Origin: Thermodesulfobacteriota bacterium
Lineage (GTDB): Bacteria > Desulfobacterota > BSN033 > UBA1163
NCBI GenBank assembly: GCA_040756085.1
Contig: JBFMAE010000356.1
Span: 1-32,622, forward strand
Length of the DNA stretch: 32,622 bases
Direction: 5' to 3'
The notes below the pieces were generated by a model that did not search any database, was not told the DNA's origin, and worked only from the letters and a program-made list of their open reading frames with translations. The stretch's first letter is position 1. Every line of letters starts with the position of its first letter. The position numbers and the translations under genes are program-made. This document shows positions 24,584-32,622 of the stretch, in pieces.

Positions 24584-25026
24584 TTCGGCCCTTCTCTTTT
24601 GACGATCTGAATCGGATTCTCCAAATCGAACGTCAATCCTTCCCCAAATCTCCATACGACTGGGCGACCTTTGTCAACCTCCATCACCTTTATCCGGACA
24701 CCTTTTTAGTATATGTCGAAACGACGCACGATCTAAAGGGAGAACAGATTTTGGGATACATCGCCTTTTCTCCAGAGGGGCACATTATTTCCATTGCCGT
24801 CCACCCCCGGCACAGAAGGAAAGGGATTGGAAGACAACTCCTTGAAAGGGCGATCAATGCTCCCGTTGTTAAAAAAGTGTGGGCCGAAGTGAGGAGGGGG
24901 AATCAGGGCGCACAGGCCTTCTATCTCCAGATGGGATTTCAGATCATTGGGGTGTCTCCGAACTACTATGGAAACGAAGATGCCTTGATCGTTCAATGGA
25001 CTCCTCTAGGTCCCAGAGCCTATTGA
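24580..25026 (+). CDS. rimI: GNAT N-acetyltransferase, RimI-like
   Basis: HIISIAVHPRHRRKGIG, EVRRGN, FY..MGF, YYGNEDA. Confidence 0.85.
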   Translation: MIRPFSFDDLNRILQIERQSFPKSPYDWATFVNLHHLYPDTFLVYVETTHDLKGEQILGYIAFSPEGHIISIAVHPRHRRKGIGRQLLERAINAPVVKKVWAEVRRGNQGAQAFYLQMGFQIIGVSPNYYGNEDALIVQWTPLGPRAY

Positions 25027-25255
25027 TCCCATTGCTTCATTTAGGTCCAATTAGATTGACTCAGAATTTCATTCTGAATGATCGAAACATAAAAATTTTT
25101 TAAATTGCTGGACACAACATTCAATGACGAGAGCTCTGAAAAACTACTTCACGCTCTAAAGATTTCTGGACTTTTTCAGAAATCTCATGACTCAAGGTTG
25201 ACAAGAGGAATACCCTCTGCTATTGATAAGTGAGCATCGCAACCAGGGAGGATGT

Positions 25256-26656
25256 ATGAGCGGGATCTTCGGGATCGTATCGAAAAAAAATTGTGCGGAC
25301 ACCTTGCTTTACGGGACCGATTATCACTCCCATATGGGAACAGAATACGGGGGCATGGCGGTCCTCGGAAAGCGCTTTTACCGCTCCATTCATGATATCA
25401 GCAAATCTCAATTTAAATCGAAATTTTTCGATGATTATAAAGAAATGAAGGGCAATCTGGGCATCGGGGTGATCAGCGATAGAGATCCCCAGCCTCTCAT
25501 CATCGGATCCAAGTTCGGCACCTTCGCTATTGCCGCCACAGGGTTGGTAGAAAATGTCGATGAACTGGCCTCGAAACTTCTCCGGGAGGGGGAAACCTTC
25601 GGCGAGATGTCGAGCGGTGGGATGAATTCCGTGGAATTGATCGCAAAGCTGATCACCCGGGGCCAAACCCTCCCTGAAGGAATTGAGGGGGTCTATGATT
25701 GGATCAAGGGCTCTGCTTCTATCCTCCTTCTGAAAAACGAAGGGATTTATGCAGCCCGTGACCGCCTGGGGCGAACCCCTCTGGTCATCGGAGAAAAAGA
25801 TGGAGAATATGCCATCGCCACAGAAACCTGTTCCTTCCTGAATCTGGGTTTCCGAATTAAGAAATACCTCAACCCAGGGGAGATCGTCCTGATCGGAAAA
25901 TCAGGGCTTGAGGGGAAGTCAGCCGGCAAAAAAATGAATCAGATTTGTGCATTTCTGTGGATTTATACCGGATATCCCGCTTCCAGCTATGAGGGCATCA
26001 GTGTCGAACTGGTCAGGGAACGGTGTGGAAGATCGCTCGCTAAGAATGATCATGTGAAGGCAGATCTCGTAGCGGGCGTCCCGGATTCCGGGGTGGGTCA
26101 TGCGATCGGGTATGCCATTGAATCGGGCCTTCCTTACCGGAGACCTCTGGTCAAATATTCAGCGGGATATGGACGGAGTTACACTCCTCCTTCCCAGGAG
26201 ATTCGTGACCTTGTGGCCACGATGAAACTCATCCCCGTCAAGGAGGTGATCTGTGGAAATCGGATCATCCTCTGTGAGGACTCCATCGTCAGAGGGACCC
26301 AGTTGAAAAACTATACCATCAAAAAATTGGTCGAGTGCGGGGCAAAGGAAGTCCATGTCCGACCGGCCTGCCCCCCCCTTATGTTCCCATGCCGATTCGC
26401 CCTCTCCACCCGTTCCATCGAAGAACTGGCAGCCCGCAAGGCCATCCGAGCTATTGAGGGGAAGGTTATTGAAAATGTCAGGGAATACATCGATCACCGA
26501 ACAAAAAAATATGAGAAGATGGTCGAGTGGATCCGGAAGGAATTGGGAGTGACGACGCTCAGATATCAAAACATTGACGATATGGTGGAGGCGATCGGCC
26601 TTCCTAAAGAGAAACTCTGCCTCTTCTGCTGGGTCGGTGATTATAAAATTTCTTAA
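25256..26656 (+). CDS. purF: Amidophosphoribosyltransferase, variant lacking the N-terminal Cys
   Basis: RDRLGRTPL, GVPDSG, EDSIVRGT (PRPP loop), Fe-S Cys in CAFLWIY/PCRF/CLFC. Starts MSGIFG after GGAGGA. Confidence 0.9.
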   Translation: MSGIFGIVSKKNCADTLLYGTDYHSHMGTEYGGMAVLGKRFYRSIHDISKSQFKSKFFDDYKEMKGNLGIGVISDRDPQPLIIGSKFGTFAIAATGLVENVDELASKLLREGETFGEMSSGGMNSVELIAKLITRGQTLPEGIEGVYDWIKGSASILLLKNEGIYAARDRLGRTPLVIGEKDGEYAIATETCSFLNLGFRIKKYLNPGEIVLIGKSGLEGKSAGKKMNQICAFLWIYTGYPASSYEGISVELVRERCGRSLAKNDHVKADLVAGVPDSGVGHAIGYAIESGLPYRRPLVKYSAGYGRSYTPPSQEIRDLVATMKLIPVKEVICGNRIILCEDSIVRGTQLKNYTIKKLVECGAKEVHVRPACPPLMFPCRFALSTRSIEELAARKAIRAIEGKVIENVREYIDHRTKKYEKMVEWIRKELGVTTLRYQNIDDMVEAIGLPKEKLCLFCWVGDYKIS

Positions 26657-26757
26657 GGGTTCGAGGGTTCAAGGGGTCAAGTGAGAATCTAATAATAAAA
26701 AACACTTGAATCCACGAACCCTCGGATCCTTGAACCCTCGCCTGCCGATAGGCAGGC
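26655..26757. repeat. Palindromic octamer element (GGTTCAAG family) with CCTGCC-GATA-GGCAGG
   Basis: GGGTTCGA GGGTTCAA GGGGTCAA GTG ... CACTTGAATCC...CTTGAACCCT. Mini-palindrome at 26741-26756. Confidence 0.75.
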
Positions 26758-26760
26758 TTT

Positions 26761-27195
26761 TTATTTGGAAAATCGAATCATATCCCCTACGTTGATGCCA
26801 TTGGCAGAAAACCAGCCCTTCTTCATCTCCAGGGCATAGAGGATCGGTTTGGGTGGCATGTGGGATACTAAGGTTAGAGGTTTCATATCCGTGATTCTAA
26901 CAATCCGACCCTCTTTATCGATGAAGGCGATACTCAGGGGGATGAGAGTATTCTTCATCCAGAACCCATGATAGTCTTCTGTCTCAAAGATGAAGAGCAT
27001 CCCCTCATTCTGACCTAAATGCTTTCTTCCCATCAGTCCAATGCTCCTCTCTTCCGGGGTCTTCGCTACCTCCACATGGATCTCTTTGTCTTTGATGTAG
27101 ATAGGGATCTTCGGGAGATTCTGGGAATCCGCATCTGAAACCCAGAGGAGAAAGAGAATGAAAATGACCTTCTCAGCCTTTCGGCTCTGAGACAT
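26761..27195 (-). CDS. DUF192 family protein
   Basis: VEVAKTPEERSIGLM, GMLFIF, FWMKNTLIPLSIAF, YALEM. Start uncertain (27195 preferred). Confidence 0.9.
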   Translation of the reverse strand: MSQSRKAEKVIFILFLLWVSDADSQNLPKIPIYIKDKEIHVEVAKTPEERSIGLMGRKHLGQNEGMLFIFETEDYHGFWMKNTLIPLSIAFIDKEGRIVRITDMKPLTLVSHMPPKPILYALEMKKGWFSANGINVGDMIRFSK

Positions 27196-27403
27196 CCTTT
27201 CCCTTTTCATCCCATTCCCTTTTACCAATCTGTTCGGCGAGGTTTCGGATTTCATCCCTGATCTTTCCCGTATTCCACTGGATGAACAAAACCCAGAGGG
27301 GAAGAAGAAGCCAGATGATCAGGAGGATGGCCAGGAAGACAACCATCGCAATAGCAATTCCAAAGGGAAGCTCTTTAAAAATCTGCTCAACATACCATTC
27401 CAT
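27173..27403 (-). CDS. Small membrane hypothetical protein
   Basis: Long hydrophobic segment and GAGG SD-like sequence. Overlaps the next gene. Confidence 0.6.
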   Translation of the reverse strand: MEWYVEQIFKELPFGIAIAMVVFLAILLIIWLLLPLWVLFIQWNTGKIRDEIRNLAEQIGKREWDEKGKDVSEPKG

Positions 27404-27454
27404 CCTTACCTCAGGTCTCCTTTCTAAATCCTAAGTTACCAATGTCGGTAATTA

Positions 27455-27577
27455 TAAATACGAAGCACGAAATCCCCGCCTGCCATAGAACTTGTTCGGC
27501 GGACAGGTCGGCGAGTAGGTTAGCGTAAGCAGGTTTCGGCGAAGACAGGGATTTCGATATTCGAATTTCGAATTTTT
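27455..27577. repeat. AAATTCG-family element with nested CCTGCC...CAGG insert
   Basis: CGAAGCACGAAATCC then CCGCCTGCCATAGAACTTGTTCGGCGGACAGG, nearly identical to 11839-11867. Right arm GATTTCGATATTCGAATTTCGAATTT. Confidence 0.7.
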
Positions 27578-27579
27578 TC

Positions 27580-27867
27580 CTATTGGGCTTTTTCTCCCCC
27601 CAACTTTTTCTTCAGTTTTTCGTTGACCTTTAAAATTTGATCCACATCCGAACCGCTCAGTTCCCACGAATAACTATCCTTCCCATCTCTCTTTAGCTTA
27701 ATCTTCACCTCCGGGGGTAGAGGCTCTTCCTTCTCTGCCTTCTCTTTTTCAACAAGAACTTTCGGGACCGGTGGAATCTCCGATTTCCCCTGCGGAAGAG
27801 GAGATTTCCTCTCACAGGCGATGAGGAGGAAAGCCAACAGAACCATAAAGACCCATATTCTCTTCAT
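27580..27867 (-). CDS. Hypothetical lipoprotein
   Basis: Lipobox LLIAC and C-terminal KIKLKRDGKDSYSWELSG. Confidence 0.75.
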   Translation of the reverse strand: MKRIWVFMVLLAFLLIACERKSPLPQGKSEIPPVPKVLVEKEKAEKEEPLPPEVKIKLKRDGKDSYSWELSGSDVDQILKVNEKLKKKLGGEKAQ

Positions 27868-27898
27868 TCCGCCTCAACCCCTTTGGCAATGAAAAGGA

Positions 27899-29436
27899 TC
27901 AATCCTCTTTTAAGAGGAGGCGGCATCCTTTCAGGAAATCTTCCTTGGTGGAAGCCTCTTTTGGGTAGGTATAGGTCCTGAATTGTACATCCGTTCCCTT
28001 AGGAAGATAGCCACCCTGGATTAATTTCACCTGAACCCTTTCCCCAATCTCCTTGGCCAACTTCTTATCATTGAAGGAAAAATATAAACCATACTGTTTT
28101 GGAAAGGAACGATGGTGTCCACAGAACGGACCATCTTTTGAAGAGCATACATGACCCCTTCCCAGTACTCATGGCTGAGTGTGATCTCCCTTTTGGTCCG
28201 ATGGTCCCAAAACTCTACCCGGATCATAGAGAAAGACATCTTATCCCTCTCCGCTTCTTCCAGCATCGGATTGAGAAGGAGGTTGAAGATATTCTCTACT
28301 CCGAATATGGGAAGCGAGAAGACAAAGGAGGCCCCGCTTCCGAACTTGCTCTCAGCATGGATAAAACCCTGATGTCCTTCGATAATCTCTTTGGCAATGG
28401 CAAGCCCCAAGCCTGTTCCCATGATGATCCCTGTCTGTGTTCTCTGTCCTTGATAGAAACGATCGAATACTTTTGGCAAGTCTTCGGGTGAAATGCCGAC
28501 CCCCGTATCGGTCACGACAATCTTGATATGATCCCGCCTCTCTGTGAGCCCCCTCGAATCGATGGTGATCTTTCCTCCCGGTGGGGTGAACTTAATCCCG
28601 TTGCTGATGAGGTTGATGAAAACCTCCACCAATCGATTACGATCGATCAGAACCAGAGGGGTCTCCGGGTCGAGCCGATTTTCAAGGGTGATTCCCTTCT
28701 CCGTGAACTGCTGCGATAAGGTCATCGAGGCATCCTCAACGACTTCAATCAGAGGGACCGGTTCCAACTTCAATTTCAACCCTTTTCCGGATTCGATCCT
28801 CGAAAAGTCAAGGAGGGTTTCGATCAGGTTCGTCAGCCGCAGAATATTCTTGTTGGCAATGGTCAAATACTCTTTCTGATCCTCGGTAAGAATCCCCACA
28901 TGCCCTTCGAGCATAAGGGAAATAAACTCCTTGATTACAGTCAAAGGGGTTCGAAGTTCATGAGAAACACTGGAGATAAAGGTTGATTTCAATTGGTCGA
29001 GCCGTTTGAGTTCTTCATTGGCCCTCTCCAATTCCAGCGATTTCTGAGTCAGATCTCCGATGAGATTCCTCTCGCGGATCACCCGGTTTAATTTTGCCCT
29101 CATCTCATCGATGGTGAAGGGTTTGGTGATGTAGTCCATCGCTCCGAAAGCAACCACATCGGTATATGTATAAGAGGCCCCATGGGCAGTCATACAGATG
29201 ATATGGATATCCGGAAATCCAGCCTGTACGGCTTTCATCAGCTCAAATCCGTCCATCTCAGGCATCTTGATATCGGTGATTAAAATAGAAATGGGTTCTG
29301 TTCTCAGTACCTCTAAGGCCTCTTCCCCATTTCTGGCGGTTACCACCTCGTAGCCAATGAGGTTCACCACCCTGGAAACCATCTCCCGAACGGCTTCTTC
29401 ATCATCAACGACTAAAACTCGTTCCTTTTCGGCCAT
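27899..29436 (-). CDS. Hybrid receiver-histidine kinase with degenerate GGDEF-like tail, probable frameshift at about 28080
   Basis: VLVVDDE/TDIKMP receiver, SHELRTPL, NLISNGIKFT, GTGLGL. The shifted frame continues SFNDKKLAKEIGERV...YPKE...LLLKED to TGA at 27899-27901. The track ORF ends at 28027. Confidence 0.85.
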
Positions 29437-29474
29437 CCTTCTAAAGATCTCCTTTTCCTAAAAACTAATTCTCT

Positions 29475-29520
29475 ATTCCCCCCAACTCCCCTTTAGCAAA
29501 GGGGGGCGAGAGAGGATTTA
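29475..29520. repeat. CCCCTTT-AGC-AAAGGGG hairpin repeat
   Basis: Related copies at 32470-32533. Confidence 0.6.
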
Positions 29521-29617
29521 AAAAGAATATTCCTTTTGCCAGACAATTTCAATAAAATTGTTTGTCTGGTTGGAATGGGAACCCGGTTCTAAGTGAGGAT
29601 GCCTGCCAAAATTCAAA

Positions 29618-30688
29618 CTATCTGCATTCTAACTCTTTTTTCCAAATGGAGAAGAAGGTCCAGAACCGTTCGGAGGTTCCTAGAGGCAGATTGAGAAAAT
29701 GAATTCCTGCCGGAATGGCCTCATCGAAGAAGTGTGGGTTCAGCTCTTTAATCTCTTTGTAAAAAAATCCAAGGGCCCTGGATACATCCATGATGGGAAG
29801 AGGCTGGAGCAGCTCAATCTGAACTCTCTCCACCTGAAGGGGATCGTAAAGCTCTTTCTCCTCCAGATAAAACCCGTATCGCCCTGGATTGGAAAGGATA
29901 ATCTTGGCCACCGCAATCTTATAGACATAACGCTCTGTCTCCAGGGGGAGATCGAGATAGAAATAATCCCTTGTCTTCTGGAGCTCTATCTCCTTTCGGA
30001 TCCTGTTCTCTCCCGCATTATAGGCTGCCATCGCCAGCGCCCAGCTTTTGAACTCCTCGTATAGGATTTTCAGATAGGCCAGGGAACCTTCTGTGGCCTT
30101 AAAGAAATCGAAACGCTCATCGATGACCAGGTTCCTTCTCATGCCATATTTATCACCGGTGGAGGGGATGAATTGCCAGATACCGGAAGCCCCGGAAGAG
30201 GAGACCGCATAGGGCCGAAGGCTGCTCTCCGTGATAGTCACATACTTCAAATCATCCGGAAGGCCCAACTCTTTCAACCTGTTTTCAATATGGGGAAAGT
30301 ATCGGCGGGCCCGCTTCATCCATAAGAGGACTTGAGCCTCACTTCCCACGGCCAGAAGGAATTCTCGATCCAGATTTTCCCACACATTCCTATCCTCTAA
30401 TGGAATCCTCTCTCCGCAGAGATAAACCTCTTTGGGGAGCTTATGGGTGGTGAGAGGGGGACGGGCACGAATATTTTTCATTCGCTCTTCTAACCGTGCT
30501 ATCTCTGAACGGAGGTTGGCGATGGACTGTTCCAAGGCTCTCATTCTTTCCACTAATGCATTGACATTCCCTGAGGGTTCCACTTGGACGATCACCTTCT
30601 CAGGACCTTTCTCTGCGGGTCGATTGATGGCACAACTGAAGAAAAGAATATTTATAAAGAAAATAATGATGATCTTTCCGAATCCCAT
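29618..30688 (-). CDS. Lytic transglycosylase (SLT/MltD-like) lipoprotein
   Basis: Lipobox FFSC, ITESSL, GASGIWQF, AAYNAGE, LPLETERYV. Confidence 0.92.
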   Translation of the reverse strand: MGFGKIIIIFFINILFFSCAINRPAEKGPEKVIVQVEPSGNVNALVERMRALEQSIANLRSEIARLEERMKNIRARPPLTTHKLPKEVYLCGERIPLEDRNVWENLDREFLLAVGSEAQVLLWMKRARRYFPHIENRLKELGLPDDLKYVTITESSLRPYAVSSSGASGIWQFIPSTGDKYGMRRNLVIDERFDFFKATEGSLAYLKILYEEFKSWALAMAAYNAGENRIRKEIELQKTRDYFYLDLPLETERYVYKIAVAKIILSNPGRYGFYLEEKELYDPLQVERVQIELLQPLPIMDVSRALGFFYKEIKELNPHFFDEAIPAGIHFLNLPLGTSERFWTFFSIWKKELECR

Positions 30689-30823
30689 CCTCCAAACCCT
30701 TTCTTTTCAGGATTGCTTGATTTGTCAAACGGAAGTAGTTTTAAAAATAGCATAAATTTCCTTGAAGATTCAAGCTCTGGTTTTTACTTCATTTCACAGA
30801 GGTGAGATGTTATAATTTGATAA

Positions 30824-32035
30824 ATGAAAAATCACCTCTTATGGATACTCCCCATTCTGTTCGGAGGCTTTCTGCTTGCGGGGTGTGTGAAGAGAACACC
30901 TCAACCCCTCTGGGTCTCAAAAGTCTCAACGATGAAAGAACCCATCGGATCAGAGGAGATTCTCAGACTTCCCGAAGGAGATCAAATCTCCTTCGTGCAA
31001 CTTTTAGATGATCTCCAAATGGCAAGAGTCATTTTTGTCGGGGAATCGCATGACAGGGTCGAACATCATCAGATCCAGGTAAAAATTATTCAAAAGCTTC
31101 TGGAAAAAGGAAAGGACCTGGCCATCGCTATGGAGATGTTTCAGAAGGGACAGCAACCTGTATTAGATCGGTGGAGTCAAGGGCTTCTGTCGGAAGAAGA
31201 GTTTTTAAAGGAAGTGCAGTGGGAAACCACATGGGGCATAGACTACCATCTTTATAAGGGCGTCCTCGATGAGATAAGAAACAACCGACTCAAAGTTCTC
31301 TGTCTCAACGTTCAAAGGGACTTGGTCAGAAAGGTGGCTCAGAATGGAACGGAAGGACTCTCCCCCGAGGAAAAAAAGATGCTTCCGGAAATGGACCTGA
31401 CGGACCAACAGCATCGTGCCTATATCCGGTCCATCTACAAAACCCATCAGGGTGGCTCGGCCAAAGATCTGGAAAATTTCTACCAAGCCCAGTGTCTCTG
31501 GGACGAGGCCATGGCAGAGACCATCTCCGAATTCCTCATCTCCCCCGAAGGAAAAGAAAAGACGATACTGGTATTTGCCGGCAGCGGCCATGTGGTTTTT
31601 GATTTTGGAATACCCAGACGGTTTTACCGAAGAGCGCCCTTCCCTTTTAGAACCGTGGTTTTAAAGGAATGGAAAAAAAACGTTGATCAGGATCTCACCA
31701 ATACCGGAACCCCTTTATCAATAGCAAATTTCCTCTGGGTTACACGGCCTCAACCTCCTGAGAAAGAGCGACCCAGAATGGGTGTTGTGCTAAAACAAAG
31801 AGAGGGTCAAAAAGGGTTTTGGATTGAAAGAGTGATTCCCAAAAGCCCGGCAGAAAAAGCAGGCCTTCTTCCAGGAGATCAGATGGTCGCCGTCGAAGGA
31901 ATAGAGATTGCGAGGGTGAAGGACATTCATGATGCCCTCTCCCAAAAAGGATGGGGAAAAGACTTCACGGTTACCATCCTTAGGGAAGGGCTGAAGAAAG
32001 AAATAATGGTGACGCTTCCTCCTTTCAAAGAATAA
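30824..32035 (+). CDS. ChaN/PhuW-like lipoprotein with C-terminal PDZ
   Basis: Lipobox LAGC, FVGESHD, AMEMFQ, AGSGHV, SPAEKAGLLPGD (PDZ). Confidence 0.88.
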   Translation: MKNHLLWILPILFGGFLLAGCVKRTPQPLWVSKVSTMKEPIGSEEILRLPEGDQISFVQLLDDLQMARVIFVGESHDRVEHHQIQVKIIQKLLEKGKDLAIAMEMFQKGQQPVLDRWSQGLLSEEEFLKEVQWETTWGIDYHLYKGVLDEIRNNRLKVLCLNVQRDLVRKVAQNGTEGLSPEEKKMLPEMDLTDQQHRAYIRSIYKTHQGGSAKDLENFYQAQCLWDEAMAETISEFLISPEGKEKTILVFAGSGHVVFDFGIPRRFYRRAPFPFRTVVLKEWKKNVDQDLTNTGTPLSIANFLWVTRPQPPEKERPRMGVVLKQREGQKGFWIERVIPKSPAEKAGLLPGDQMVAVEGIEIARVKDIHDALSQKGWGKDFTVTILREGLKKEIMVTLPPFKE

Positions 32036-32122
32036 CCCTCTCCACTTTAGATTTCTCCTTTATCATTGACCATTTCTTTCATTTTTTATAGACTTCCATA
32101 ATAATTAATTAGTACGCGAATC

Positions 32123-32566
32123 ATGAGTAAAATAACTCCTCCAATTGTCACTGAAGTTTTTTCCAGGAAGCGGTTGTTTAACCAGTTGGACCACATGCGG
32201 AAGCGGCCGGTGATCTGGGTCTCTGAACCCCCCGGCTCAGGGAAAACCACCCTGGTTGCGAGCTATCTCGATGCTCGCAAGGTTCCTTGTCTTTGGTATC
32301 AGATCGATGAAGGCGATTCAGATCCTTCAACCTTTTTCTATTATATGGGCATGGCAGCTAAGAGGGCCCCACCAAGAAAGCGGAAACCCTTGCCTCTTCT
32401 CACCCCGGAATATCTTCAAGATATCCCCACATTTACTTATCGATATTTTGAAGAACTCTACAGCCGTGTAATCCCTCCCATCCCCCCTTTACAAAAGGCA
32501 ATTCCCCCTCACCCCCCTTTAGTAAAGGGAAGGTGTGAAAAAATTGTAAAATGGGTAAAAAATTAA
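32123..32566 (+). pseudogene. Truncated MalT-like STAND ATPase regulator N-terminus
   Basis: SKITPP...RKRL, degenerate Walker A EPPGSGKT, WYQIDEGDSDPSTFFYY. The frame runs into a CCCCCTTT repeat and stops. Confidence 0.7.
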
Positions 32567-32595
32567 TTGACATAGCCATATGACTATGATATCCT
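32567..32595 (+). promoter_or_regulatory. Sigma70 promoter with overlapping palindromic operator
   Basis: TTGACA-17-TATCCT with extended TG, near-palindrome CATAGCCATATGACTATG, and GGAGGAGG SD at the window end. Confidence 0.7.
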
Positions 32596-32622
32596 CTTCT
32601 CAACATTTTTGGGAGGAGGCGC

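Noticed and set aside
25223-25255. Upstream extension supplying a propeptide and Cys (QGGCMSG) for PurF
   Set aside because: The GG codons are the GGAGGA SD and the Cys is two residues out of register with CGxFG.
1441-27577. Intergenic repeats as a CRISPR array
   Set aside because: Units are 7-8 nt, degenerate and arranged as inverted arms. There is no constant repeat with unique spacers and no cas genes.

Overview
A 32.6 kb chromosomal window of mostly housekeeping and stress genes from an anaerobic bacterium. Gene content and style suggest Desulfobacterota/deltaproteobacteria (inference). It holds about 35 CDSs, including a cold-shock protein, an EamA transporter, an hcp-associated-type 4Fe-4S protein with an FNR/HcpR-like box, a MrfA/MrfB-like helicase-nuclease pair, an HD-GYP protein, class II aldolase, an ECF sigma/ZAS anti-sigma operon, an orphan CheR, Ogt, archease, RtcB, rubrerythrin, MenG/UbiE, RimI, an atypical PurF, a hybrid kinase, a lytic transglycosylase and ChaN-PDZ. 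The standout is rtcB. The ORF track splits it in two, but it is one reading frame (17613-19067, minus) with an in-frame UGA exactly at the metal-bridging Cys (GYDIN-U-GVRL), followed directly by a bacterial-SECIS-like hairpin. It is therefore a probable selenocysteine-containing RNA ligase encoded next to archease. The second theme is intergenic: many spacers carry a palindromic element built from 7-8 nt tandem units, and several of these contain nested mini-palindromes (e.g. CCTGCCTACCGCAGGCAGG). One has an empty-site allele in the window and two have flanking duplications. There is also a candidate structured RNA at about 12426-12663. No tRNA, rRNA, CRISPR array or transposase was recognised. 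All family calls come from motif recognition, not database searches.
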